From: Promethearchaeota archaeon Loki_b32
GTDB lineage: Archaea; Asgardarchaeota; Lokiarchaeia; Sigyniarchaeales; SOKP01
Direction: 5' to 3'
DNA length: 64,000 nt
Assembly (NCBI GenBank): GCA_005223125.1
Contig: NJBH01000007.1
Coordinates: forward strand, 85,097-149,096
Part shown: piece after piece, positions 30,993 to 40,658 of the stretch
Layout: each line of letters begins with the position of its first letter
How positions within the stretch are numbered: the first letter of the stretch is position 1
The notes under the pieces: generated by a model
The model's database searches: none
The model's input: the letters and a program-made list of their open reading frames with translations, nothing else
What the model was told of the DNA's origin: nothing
Position numbers and translations under genes: made by a program

Positions 30993-31628
30993 ATGCCATT
31001 AGACACACAAACCGTTGTTAATAATTTAATGCAAAACGATCCCCACATTATCGCCGCAGCTGTGCTTAAAGGCAAAGAAATCATTTATACAACAGATAAT
31101 TGGGATATTAGTGCAGATGTTGACAGAGTAGTATCAAGTTGGACTGGACAAAATGCCCAGTTTATCATGGTTTCTGGTGTAAAATATTCTGTACTGCAAA
31201 TTGGAGCTGAACGATTAGTGGCTATGTCTTATAAAGGTGAGGGATCTATAGTAGCAGCGAAAGACGATGAGCATAAATTAATTACTTATTTGGATCCCGA
31301 TGGATATGGCATTGGCGCTGCAATGGAGGTTCAAAGAGCTTTAGGGGATTTGAGTACCAAAACATCTTATTTAGATTCAAATATTCAATTAGGTCAAGCG
31401 GGAGCTCAAGTGGGGGGTGCGGTATCTGCAGGAGTTGCACCTTCAGCTGGTGCAGGTCCAAGTGTAGATCCTCAACTTAAAGGTGAGATTCAATCTTTTC
31501 TGGATTGGATTAAAGATACTGAGGGTTTATCAGGTTATATTAATTACTATCTTCAGCAAAATAATGCTCAAATAATATCTGAGTTGTCAAAAATTTATAA
31601 TGAACTGAGACAAATTTTTGGTGTCTAA
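30993..31628 (+). CDS. Asgard profilin with Gly/Ala linker and extra C-terminal helical domain
   Basis: Residues 1-125 carry Loki-profilin motifs 'TTDNWDIS', 'SGVKYSVL', 'ERLVA...GEG', 'LITYLDP'. Confidence 0.8.
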   Translation: MPLDTQTVVNNLMQNDPHIIAAAVLKGKEIIYTTDNWDISADVDRVVSSWTGQNAQFIMVSGVKYSVLQIGAERLVAMSYKGEGSIVAAKDDEHKLITYLDPDGYGIGAAMEVQRALGDLSTKTSYLDSNIQLGQAGAQVGGAVSAGVAPSAGAGPSVDPQLKGEIQSFLDWIKDTEGLSGYINYYLQQNNAQIISELSKIYNELRQIFGV

Positions 31629-31782
31629 AGAACTAATTTATCAGTGTTTGTATTTCAATTCATAAGTAAATAGACGATATTTTCGATATACTAATCATAT
31701 GAAATAATTATTCATGTTTTTATAAGTACAGACAGAAATAATAATTTACAATTCACAATATATAAATTTTTTATAAATTTAG

Positions 31783-32325
31783 ATGATCTTAAGAATTAGA
31801 TATTTCAATAATTCAACAATTGTGAGATATTTGGCTAAAAAAGATAAAAATCAAGAAAACAAAACTTCAATTATCAAAAAAATTAAAAGCAAGATTGGTG
31901 GGGGAGAGATAGAAACAAAGGAAACTGAAACAACTAGTTTGAAATTTGAAAAAGAAATAAAAAAAGAATATTTATCAAGTGAAGATCTAGAATTAGATAT
32001 TCCAGTTGTTCCTGAAGTGCCTAAACAAACAGAAAAATTTACTTTAGATACCTCAGATTTATCTTCTGATGTTTTAGAAAGAATGAAAAAATTCGAATCT
32101 TCCAAGGTTAAAGTAGTAATAGTAAATTGCCAGCGATGTAAAGCAGTTATCCCTGTTCCAGTTCCAAAAAAAGCTGTACTGGACTCAGAATTACCTGTAG
32201 TTCCTATTAGTTATGTTCATAAAAATCTGCAGAAAAAAGATCAACACTGTTTAACTATCCATCTTGATCATGATTTTGATATTCGAAGACAGAGAATATC
32301 TGATGTAGTTCTATCTCCTGATTAA
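31783..32325 (+). CDS. Hypothetical protein with C-terminal CxxC...H...H domain (start possibly TTG at 31831)
   Basis: 'CQRC...VPISYVH...HCLTIHLDHDFDIRRQ'. Confidence 0.7.
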   Translation: MILRIRYFNNSTIVRYLAKKDKNQENKTSIIKKIKSKIGGGEIETKETETTSLKFEKEIKKEYLSSEDLELDIPVVPEVPKQTEKFTLDTSDLSSDVLERMKKFESSKVKVVIVNCQRCKAVIPVPVPKKAVLDSELPVVPISYVHKNLQKKDQHCLTIHLDHDFDIRRQRISDVVLSPD

Positions 32326-32339
32326 AACTAAATAAAATA

Positions 32340-32564
32340 TTAAAAGATAAAATTAATCAGGAAAGCAATAAAAAAAGGTATAACACATAGACAACACAAA
32401 AATCCATACCAACTTTTCTTCCAATTAATATATGTATTAGGGTTCAATATTACTTGACAATTTGGACAAAGTTTCTCTTTATGATCATCAACGTGAAATC
32501 CACAATTATAGCAAATAAGTATTTCATCATTGACGTTATTATTTTTAACCTCGATTTTTGACAC
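32340..32564 (-). CDS. Small zinc-ribbon tail-anchored membrane protein
   Basis: CYNCG...CPNC plus C-terminal hydrophobic helix. Confidence 0.7.
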   Translation of the reverse strand: MSKIEVKNNNVNDEILICYNCGFHVDDHKEKLCPNCQVILNPNTYINWKKSWYGFLCCLCVIPFFIAFLINFIF

Positions 32565-32696
32565 TTTAGACTTTCGATAGATATAAGCTATTTTATTATA
32601 ATTTTTAAATATAATTAAACAATATAAGCATTGTTATAACAAAACATCATTTTACTAATATAAAATTAAATTTTAAAAACTAAATCATAAATAGAA

Positions 32697-33053
32697 ATGA
32701 AGATCTTAGCTGAAGACAAGATAAAAATTGAGGATGTTACAGTTTATTTGAATCTGTTTAGGTTACATAAGAGTTTTCTTTTGTTAATTTCTGATCACCC
32801 CGATATGGGGATAGGTAACGTAACATTAGGGAGTCCACCAATTATTGAAGGTATTAAATCGCCAACAGCATCTTATAACCTATTTGGCATGAGAACAAAA
32901 TTATTAAGTACAATTATTGCAGAAAGAGCTTCAAATAACCTAAAAGCACCAGTATTACTCCTCTTATTTTTAAAATGTAAAAAGAATGATGAAGAGATAA
33001 TAAAACCTATAGTTAATTTTCTGAATAAAGTCCTTAAAGATATATCAGAATAA
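32697..33053 (+). CDS. Proteasome assembly chaperone 4 (PAC4/POC4)-like protein
   Basis: 'SFLLLISD...GNVTLG.P...LFG...IIAERAS..LKAPVLL' pattern and 118-aa size. Confidence 0.6.
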   Translation: MKILAEDKIKIEDVTVYLNLFRLHKSFLLLISDHPDMGIGNVTLGSPPIIEGIKSPTASYNLFGMRTKLLSTIIAERASNNLKAPVLLLLFLKCKKNDEEIIKPIVNFLNKVLKDISE

Positions 33054-33062
33054 TAATTAAAA

Positions 33063-33224
33063 TGCAGGGAGTGGGATTCGAACCCACGAAGAGCTATCTC
33101 ACCGGATATCTCATTAATTATTACGTTAATCAACGGCTAACATAATAATCTGATCTTGAGTTCGGTTATTGAAAATCAATTTCCAATAAAGTCCGGCACC
33201 GTTGACCAACTTGGTTATCCCTGC
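33063..33224 (-). tRNA. tRNA-Leu(CAA) with two introns (32/33: 33160-33190; 37/38: 33108-33154) flanking a 5-nt exon
   Basis: GCAGGGA/UCCCUGC acceptor, long variable arm, A73; the spliced anticodon arm reads CCGGA-CUCAAGA-UCCGG. Confidence 0.92.
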
Positions 33225-33336
33225 TTGAAAAATTTTGAAATTTTTTATTTAATCTTAAACGAATTTACTTAATTAATTTTTTTAAAAAATATAATAGAAA
33301 ATCTAATTATAAAAAGATCTAATCTTTCTTTAAAAT

Positions 33337-33576
33337 TTAGCCTCCAAACATTGGAAGTACAACCATCACTAGCATCATTACTACAAGCATCCCAATTAAA
33401 AATACGCATTGTAGCCGTCCTTTTTTCTTCTGTTTCCTCTCTTGATTAAGATAATTATCCTTACACGGTTGGCTACAAAATTTTTTATCTGTTGACATCG
33501 CTTTACCGCATATTGAACAATGACTATGAGGTCCCCATTTTTTCTTAATTTGATCTTTCCATGAAGATTGAGACAT
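33337..33576 (-). CDS. DUF2116-family zinc-ribbon membrane protein
   Basis: 'PHSHCSICGK....KKFCS..C' plus C-terminal TM helix. Confidence 0.8.
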   Translation of the reverse strand: MSQSSWKDQIKKKWGPHSHCSICGKAMSTDKKFCSQPCKDNYLNQERKQKKKGRLQCVFLIGMLVVMMLVMVVLPMFGG

Positions 33577-33650
33577 TTTTAAACTTATTTCTAAAAAGGT
33601 TATATTGGGATAAGTAAATTTTGAAGATTAAAATAATTTATTAAATCTTT

Positions 33651-34358
33651 TTAATCTGAAATAACAGTGCAAGTAATATCTTTTTCTCCTTTCCAATATT
33701 TTTCAAATTCTTTTAGATCTTTACCAGACATAACACTGATTTTGATCTTACTTCTTTTTAATATTTGCAATGAGACCGCGTCAAATATACGGTATTCTCC
33801 TGCTGCTGCTTGATTATCTCCGGAGGAATTAAGAACTATTTCTTGTAAACCTGCATAATTTAAGGTTTTTATCAATTTAGCATCCCCAAATTTCTTTGGA
33901 TCTTTATCATATATCCCTTCAACATCTGTAAGAATCACAAGTTCATCTGCTTGTATGAATTCTGCTACTTCGAGAGCTACAGAGGTTGTAGACTGCCCTG
34001 GTTGTAAACCTCCCATGACAACTATCTTACCAAAAAGTAATGCTAATGAAAGTTCTTCTATTGTTTTTGGAACTAAAGGATAGGAAAAATCTTGAAAAGA
34101 AGTAATTAATAATTTTGAATTTATACGAGACAGATCTATACCAAATGTATCACATAATGCTTCATTTCCATGAAATGATCTCACTGCATCTATATATACT
34201 CTTGCAATTCTTCCCCCGCCACATACAATAACATGAGTTCCAGAACGATTTACATTTTTAAAGATTTGACAGAATTTTTGAATCTTTTCTTTATCTAATT
34301 CATTATCCTTAGTAAATAGTAATGACCCGCCAATTTTTATTACACTTTTTCCTTTCAT
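33651..34358 (-). CDS. pyrH: UMP kinase (archaeal type)
   Basis: VIKIGGS, CGGGRIARVYI, GG..PGQST, TDVEGIYDKDP. Confidence 0.93.
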   Translation of the reverse strand: MKGKSVIKIGGSLLFTKDNELDKEKIQKFCQIFKNVNRSGTHVIVCGGGRIARVYIDAVRSFHGNEALCDTFGIDLSRINSKLLITSFQDFSYPLVPKTIEELSLALLFGKIVVMGGLQPGQSTTSVALEVAEFIQADELVILTDVEGIYDKDPKKFGDAKLIKTLNYAGLQEIVLNSSGDNQAAAGEYRIFDAVSLQILKRSKIKISVMSGKDLKEFEKYWKGEKDITCTVISD

Positions 34359-34427
34359 AATATTTTCATTCTATTTATCTTTGTAATAATATATAATCGA
34401 TTAGATAAATTAAGTTTCATTTGATTT

Positions 34428-35390
34428 ATGTCTAAAAGAATTAAAAAAGTTATAGTTAAGGTACCTCATAGAATATCTGGATTTTTTGAGATTGTTGATA
34501 AAATTAACGGAGTTAAAATCAAAGATCCAGAGAAAATAGGTTCTAGAGGTGCGGGTTTTTGTGTTAATGCTGTAGGGAAAACAGAAATTATTCTACGATT
34601 TCTTGACAAAAGTAGTGAGTTTGAAATCGAGATTTATATTAATGGTAAAAAAATGAATCAAAGTGCCGAAACAACATATTATGTAATCGATTATATCAAA
34701 AATTATATTAGAAAATCTTGTAAAATAAGAGTCAACCATTTTTTTGATTTACCTGTAGGATGTGGATATGGTGCGAGCGGATCAGGGGCACTAGGAACTA
34801 TTTTTGGTTTAGATGCATTGTTTAATTTAAATTTATCTCTTCAAGAAAAAGGTAAGATAGCTCATATCGCAGAAGTTGTAAATAGAACAGGTTTAGGAAC
34901 AGTTTGTGGTCAATTGAATGGAGGAATTGGTATTTTGAAAGAACCAGGGTTCCCCTGTATCTATGAAAGGATAAAAATACCACAAAATTTAAAAGTTATC
35001 TGTGGTTCATTTGGAGTCATCCATACAAAATCTATATTGACAAATCCGGTCTTAAGTCTAAAAATAAAAGAAGCGGGCAAAAAAGCTTTAAAGAGGTTAA
35101 TCAAAGAACCAAATATTAAAATGTTTATTAATGAATCTATTGAATTTGTAAAAAAAACCGAAATTCTTGAAATTCTGGAATTATATAAAGTAAAAAATCT
35201 AATGGATGATTTAAACAAAACAGATATTATAGGAGCCAGTATGAATCAATTAGGTCGTTCAGTTTATGCAATATGTCTAAAAGAGAATGAAAAGGAAGTA
35301 TTAGATATTTTTGAATCATATAAACCTGACATTGAACCATTTATTACATCCATCCTTGAAGGAAAATCTGTATTTTTTAAAAATACGTAA
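34428..35390 (+). CDS. Pantoate kinase (GHMP family)
   Basis: 'PHRISGFF', 'GSRGAG', PVGCGYGASG, 'AHIAEV...TGLGTV', 'ASMNQLG'. Confidence 0.9.
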   Translation: MSKRIKKVIVKVPHRISGFFEIVDKINGVKIKDPEKIGSRGAGFCVNAVGKTEIILRFLDKSSEFEIEIYINGKKMNQSAETTYYVIDYIKNYIRKSCKIRVNHFFDLPVGCGYGASGSGALGTIFGLDALFNLNLSLQEKGKIAHIAEVVNRTGLGTVCGQLNGGIGILKEPGFPCIYERIKIPQNLKVICGSFGVIHTKSILTNPVLSLKIKEAGKKALKRLIKEPNIKMFINESIEFVKKTEILEILELYKVKNLMDDLNKTDIIGASMNQLGRSVYAICLKENEKEVLDIFESYKPDIEPFITSILEGKSVFFKNT

Positions 35391-35416
35391 TGATTTTTTA
35401 TAAACTCTGTATAAAT

Positions 35417-36232
35417 TTATTTTGAAGAGTTCAAAGAGGCTGATTTAATCGTTGCGGCTTCTACAGCTCTGATTAATGTTGCTCTTAATTTTGCTGATTC
35501 AATTTCGTGAATTGCTGTAATTGTTGTTCCTCCTGGTGTAGCAACCATATCTTTCAATTCTCCTGGATGTTTATTTGTCTCTAATAATAATTTTGCCGCA
35601 CCTAGAACAGTTTGAGCTGATAATTTTTGTGCTATATCTCTTGGCAACCCCATTTTTACACCCCCATCAGCAAGAGCTTCAATTATAATAAAAATATATG
35701 CGGGACCGCTTCCAGATAATCCTGTTACTGCATCTAAATGTTTTTCCTCAAGATCTACCACCATCCCTACTGCATTAAAAATATCTCGTACAAACTTTAA
35801 TTCTTCATCATTTACATTATTATTATGAGCGATTGTGGTGGCAGCAGCTCCTATTAGAGCAGGAATATTCGTCATAATCCTTATCAACCCTATTTGCTTA
35901 TCAATAAATTTATTAATGTGACTTAACGTAACTCCTGCTGCTATTGAAATTAAAATTTGTTCTCTTGTTAAGACAGAACTTATTTCAAGTAAAATTATAT
36001 CTATTACTTGTGGGATAACTGCGATTAATATATATTGAGAAGACTTAACTAAATCAATAATGTTCTTTGCTATATCTACATTAAATTCAAGGGATCGATC
36101 TTTAAGTCGATTTTCATCAATATCATAAATTATAATGTTATTTTCATTGACAGCTTTCGTAGTTATTAGCCTTTTTAAGAGAGTAGAACCAATTTTTCCG
36201 ACTCCTATTATTCCTAATTCTTTATTATACAT
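35417..36232 (-). CDS. proC: Pyrroline-5-carboxylate reductase
   Basis: GVGKIG, SIAAG, TGLSGSGPAY, 'V.TPGGTT'. Confidence 0.95.
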   Translation of the reverse strand: MYNKELGIIGVGKIGSTLLKRLITTKAVNENNIIIYDIDENRLKDRSLEFNVDIAKNIIDLVKSSQYILIAVIPQVIDIILLEISSVLTREQILISIAAGVTLSHINKFIDKQIGLIRIMTNIPALIGAAATTIAHNNNVNDEELKFVRDIFNAVGMVVDLEEKHLDAVTGLSGSGPAYIFIIIEALADGGVKMGLPRDIAQKLSAQTVLGAAKLLLETNKHPGELKDMVATPGGTTITAIHEIESAKLRATLIRAVEAATIKSASLNSSK

Positions 36233-36386
36233 AATTCTAAACTATTGTGAAAACCAAAATATGTTTATTATTGATTTTCAATAAAATTTTTAAACTTCGA
36301 TATTAATTTAATAATCTAAATATGATTAACATAACCTAGGTTTTTAGAATATAATCTTGTCTTCAAGAACCCTTTATATTAAATTA

Positions 36387-37121
36387 TTAATTTTTGTACA
36401 ATTCCCTTTTTAACTCTACAATAAGATGAGATTTAATTGATCCATTGTTTCTATCATATCCTTCGCAAACAACTGATCTAACCCCAATTATATTTGGTGA
36501 AACATCATAAATTAAAGGTATATCTTTTTTCCTTAGATTTCCAGCTAAAGCTACTTCAAGATCATAAAGCTCAGCTTCATGTTTAAATTGAATCAATTGA
36601 TCGATTGTAAGAAAATCGAAAAGCCCTTTATTATCTTTAATATAGGTATCGAGCATAACTATATCAGAACCAGATTCTGAAGCAATTATAGGGAGTTTCA
36701 TAAATTCTGGTGATGAATTCATTCTTGATTGATCAGCATATCCCGCAGTAACTACTTTGGTTTTATCATTATAATCTTTTACTGCTTTAACAACATTTTT
36801 CATTAATTTTATTGCCGATTTCTCGTCTTTCGGGCCTTTTAATCCAACTTTTATAATATCTGCTCCAGATACAGCAGCACCTAGAGCTGCTAACGACGCT
36901 GAACCGGGTAGATTTGGAAAGTCACCAATTGTAGCACTCAATAACTGAGGACTATTAGAAGGAATTAAACCTTTCATTTCTTTAATGATCCATGGAAAAT
37001 TGGCTCCTAGTGACCCTTCTTCAGGATTTTTGCAATCAATATAATCTATTTGATTATTTATAACAATTCTAGCTTCTTCAACCGTTCTAGGGCTGATTAA
37101 AAGTCTGATTTTATGCGACAA
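36387..37121 (-). CDS. mfnB: (5-formylfuran-3-yl)methyl phosphate synthase (methanofuran biosynthesis)
   Basis: LLISP, D.KNPEEGSLGANFPW, SATIGD, IKVGL, MLDT..KD, ALAG.L, IIGVR. Confidence 0.92.
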   Translation of the reverse strand: MSHKIRLLISPRTVEEARIVINNQIDYIDCKNPEEGSLGANFPWIIKEMKGLIPSNSPQLLSATIGDFPNLPGSASLAALGAAVSGADIIKVGLKGPKDEKSAIKLMKNVVKAVKDYNDKTKVVTAGYADQSRMNSSPEFMKLPIIASESGSDIVMLDTYIKDNKGLFDFLTIDQLIQFKHEAELYDLEVALAGNLRKKDIPLIYDVSPNIIGVRSVVCEGYDRNNGSIKSHLIVELKRELYKN

Positions 37122-37384
37122 AGTCCATCAATTATAATATAAAATTATTAAAAAACTTATTTAGGATTTATTTTCACAAAATTAATTCATTTTGATAAAT
37201 TAAAAAGACTATATCATTAATTTCTAATTAAATTCAGTGTACTAAACAAAAATAATTATTATTCAAATTTTTATTTTCCCAATAAGAACCAAGAAATCCA
37301 AAACATTTATTTTTGTATAATTTTATGTAAAAATTTAAATTAAATCGTTTTTATTAAATATAAAAAAACTAGCAAGAGTTTATC

Positions 37385-37912
37385 ATGTCACCAAAAGAAA
37401 TTACGAAATTGGATATAACGAATGAAGTATTTAAAGAACCAATAGAAGTAGTTAAACAGTTATCATCAAATTTAGATTTAAAATATACTAAAGTTATACA
37501 AACATATGTAATGGAAGATAGACGACTGAACTTAACTTTAGAGGATCAGGGCTCTAGTTATTTCAAAGGTAAAGTAGTCTGGATTGGTAATAAGAAGGAT
37601 GATACAGAAGGGTCAATATTTTGCGTAGATACAAGAGATGAATTAAGGCAAATTAATCCTACTGCCGAAAACACTGATAAGGTAACATTAGATATAAAAA
37701 AAGAATTAATAAAAATATCTACTGCATCAAAAACCAAATGTTCTGTATGTGGAAAAAATATAGAAATTTTTGATGAAGTTACTGGCTGTCCAATATGCGA
37801 AGCAAAAGCACATAAAGATCATTTAACGGATTGGGTTAGAATGAAACACACTTGCCCCGTATGTAAGAAATCCCTGAATGTATCAAGTACTGGCGTAATT
37901 TTTATAGATTAA
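37385..37912 (+). CDS. Protein with C-terminal RING-like zinc finger
   Basis: CSVC-x12-CPIC-x4-HKDH-LTDW-x6-CPVC, including the conserved RING Trp and CPxC. Confidence 0.8.
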   Translation: MSPKEITKLDITNEVFKEPIEVVKQLSSNLDLKYTKVIQTYVMEDRRLNLTLEDQGSSYFKGKVVWIGNKKDDTEGSIFCVDTRDELRQINPTAENTDKVTLDIKKELIKISTASKTKCSVCGKNIEIFDEVTGCPICEAKAHKDHLTDWVRMKHTCPVCKKSLNVSSTGVIFID

Positions 37913-37922
37913 AATCTTATAA

Positions 37923-38660
37923 TTAATCAAAATATCTTAAATTTTCAATCTCTATTGTTCCATCATATAATGCTGTGGCTATTAATACCCCAGAGAAATT
38001 TTGTTCTTTAATATTTAAGATATCAGTATAATTTTTTATCCCCCCGCCCACATAAACATCTCCATTAAAATTATGTAAAATATCCAGATATAGTTGTGGA
38101 ATTCCTCCAATTTTCTGACCTACTCTAAATAAATCTAAAAGAATAATTTTTTTAATACCTAGAGATTCAAATTTTTTTATGAGTTTTATGGGGCTTTGAG
38201 TCTTTATATCTTTCGCATTTGATAAAATTTGTCCATTATACATATCAATGCTGATAATAATATTGTTTTGATTTAAGATTTGTAAGCTTTGAATAATTGT
38301 CTTAAAATTTTTGATTGTCTCTAATCCTAAAATTAGATTTTTAATTCTAAATCTTAAGAAATTAGTAATATCTTCAAGATCAACAATTCCAGGATCTAGA
38401 ATGAAATCAATATTTGATATTTTTGAAATTTCTTTTAATATTTGAAAATTTGGGGCTTTCTTTATAATGGAATCTAAGTCTGCGATATAAAACAATTCAA
38501 AATTATATTTTTTTCTAAGGATTCTAATAATTTCCACTGGGTTGGATGATTGAAATAAATATGATTTTAAGGGTTTGTATTTAGTTCTTTCTCCCTTTTT
38601 AGCATGGACGGCTTTAGAATTTAAAATATCTATTACAGGTATTATTTTAAATCTTTTCAT
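37923..38660 (-). CDS. HisA/HisF-related TIM-barrel protein (C1-cofactor associated type)
   Basis: IIPVIDI...AVHAKKGER..Y.PL, YIADLD.I, ILGLET, LDL.RVG, GGGI. Confidence 0.85.
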   Translation of the reverse strand: MKRFKIIPVIDILNSKAVHAKKGERTKYKPLKSYLFQSSNPVEIIRILRKKYNFELFYIADLDSIIKKAPNFQILKEISKISNIDFILDPGIVDLEDITNFLRFRIKNLILGLETIKNFKTIIQSLQILNQNNIIISIDMYNGQILSNAKDIKTQSPIKLIKKFESLGIKKIILLDLFRVGQKIGGIPQLYLDILHNFNGDVYVGGGIKNYTDILNIKEQNFSGVLIATALYDGTIEIENLRYFD

Positions 38661-38877
38661 TTATAACAATATAAAATAATTAATAGAATTCATAAAAACA
38701 ATTTGAAAATTAATTATCTCCCTGTAATAGACTTAATTAGATCTACTTGAAAAATTACCTTTATTTAATACTCTTTAATTTTATAAGAAGATCTTTTTTT
38801 AATTACAATTAAATAATTTTTTTTTTAAATGATATCAAATAAAATATTTTTAATACTTAAATATTTTTTTTTGTGAT

Positions 38878-40602
38878 GTGATTGAAGTGAAAACAGAAGT
38901 TTATATTAATAAGATCATTGAAGATACTGGTTTAACGCGAAAAGAAATTCAAAACTTAGTTGGAGATAAGAAAAATGAATTAAAAGGTTTAATATCTGAC
39001 GAAGGTGCTTTATTTATTATAGCAAAAGAATTAGGAGTTGATATAAAAAGTGAAAATAAAGAACTTTTAAAAGATATTGAAATATCTATTACTGATATTA
39101 CTCAAAATATGAAAAATTTGACTTTATTTGGTAGGATCAAAGAAATCTATAATACTAATAACTTTAAAAAAAATGATGGAACAAATGGATTTGTTGGTTC
39201 TTTTCTGTTGCAGGATAGTACTGGAGATGCTCGGATTGTACTTTGGGATGATCAAGTAAAGATTTTTAATGAACCTAATTTTGAAAACAATGAACTTGTT
39301 AAAATTATTAATGGTAATGCAAAAAAGGGAAGATATGGAGATATCGAGATACATGTGGGAAGATACGGAAAGGTTATATTGTCTCCTGACGATGTAGACT
39401 ATAAGAAATATCCCAAAATTTCATTTAAATCGATTAATATAAATGATATTAATTTAAATCTAAAATCGATCTCGTTAGAAGGAAAAATAATTCAAATATC
39501 CCCAATAACGGAATTTATCAAAAAAGATGGTGGATCTGGAAGAGTAAAATCTTTAACATTATTAGACTCTACAGGATCAATAAGAATTACATTTTGGAAT
39601 GAAGATACAAAAAAATTAAAAACATTAGAAGTCAATGATGTCATATCAATTACTAATTTAAATCCTCGATTGAGCACTTTGGATAATAGAACTATTGATC
39701 TGACAGCAAATAAAAACACAATTATGACAAAGAAAAAAATTGAGCTCGATATTAAAGGAGAATTTATAAAAGACATAAAAAGTCTTCAGAAAAATAAAGG
39801 AGTTGTTTCCTTTGAAGGAATTATAACTTCAGTTGATAATTTAAAAACAATATCCTTAAAATCTGGTGAAGACGTTTCTTTATTAGGATTAATAGTAAGT
39901 GATGATACCGATGGTATTCGAATCACATTATGGAGGGATAATGCAGAAGAATATTCAAAATTATTAAATGCAGGACATGGATTATCGTTAAAGAATGTAC
40001 TAGTAAAATACAGTAATTTTTCCAATAGAAATGAAATCTCTTTAATTAAGGAGTCAATACTCGAGTTAAAAGACCTAGAAATTAAAAATCTTAAGAGTAT
40101 TAATTTCACTAAACAAGAGAATGTTGCAAGTTTTTCTGGTAATTATATCAAAATCGAAAAAATTAAAACATCAGGTCCCATCGAAATAAAAGGATTTATT
40201 GCAAAAGATCTTAATAATATAACTATTTATGAAGCATGCAATAACTGTTATAAGAAAGTTGAAAATTGCACATGTGGGAAAGGTGATAATACTGAATTTA
40301 GGATGATTCTTAATCTTATAATTGATGACGGAACTGGAACTATTAGAACTACATTTATAGGAAACCAAGCAGAGAAATTAATAGGAATAGAAACTGCTAA
40401 AGTAGTACAACTAAAAGAAACCCCAGAATTTGAGAAATTTTTAGAAAAGAAATCATCCGAGTTTTTAGGGAAAGATATTGTTATCAAAGGTAGAGCTAAA
40501 TTCAGTGATTTTTCAGAACAATTTGAGATATCTGTATATGATTTCAAAGATATTAATATTAATGATGAATTAGAACGAGTAATGAACAAGATTGAAATCT
40601 AA
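38878..40602 (+). CDS. Replication protein A large subunit (multi OB-fold, RPA1-like)
   Basis: Four 'DxTG/DDTD...IR.TLW/FW' OB repeats; the last carries a zinc finger 'YEACNNCYKKV..C.CG'. Confidence 0.9.
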   Translation: MIEVKTEVYINKIIEDTGLTRKEIQNLVGDKKNELKGLISDEGALFIIAKELGVDIKSENKELLKDIEISITDITQNMKNLTLFGRIKEIYNTNNFKKNDGTNGFVGSFLLQDSTGDARIVLWDDQVKIFNEPNFENNELVKIINGNAKKGRYGDIEIHVGRYGKVILSPDDVDYKKYPKISFKSININDINLNLKSISLEGKIIQISPITEFIKKDGGSGRVKSLTLLDSTGSIRITFWNEDTKKLKTLEVNDVISITNLNPRLSTLDNRTIDLTANKNTIMTKKKIELDIKGEFIKDIKSLQKNKGVVSFEGIITSVDNLKTISLKSGEDVSLLGLIVSDDTDGIRITLWRDNAEEYSKLLNAGHGLSLKNVLVKYSNFSNRNEISLIKESILELKDLEIKNLKSINFTKQENVASFSGNYIKIEKIKTSGPIEIKGFIAKDLNNITIYEACNNCYKKVENCTCGKGDNTEFRMILNLIIDDGTGTIRTTFIGNQAEKLIGIETAKVVQLKETPEFEKFLEKKSSEFLGKDIVIKGRAKFSDFSEQFEISVYDFKDININDELERVMNKIEI

Positions 40603-40658
40603 TTTATGCAGATTTCCTAAATTATCTTCTATTATATAATTTAAATATCTTTAAATAG

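Noticed and set aside
33160-33192. Ochre-suppressor (UUA) reading of the tRNA-Leu anticodon
   Set aside because: The two-intron parse gives proper BHB motifs and a standard CAA anticodon with G37
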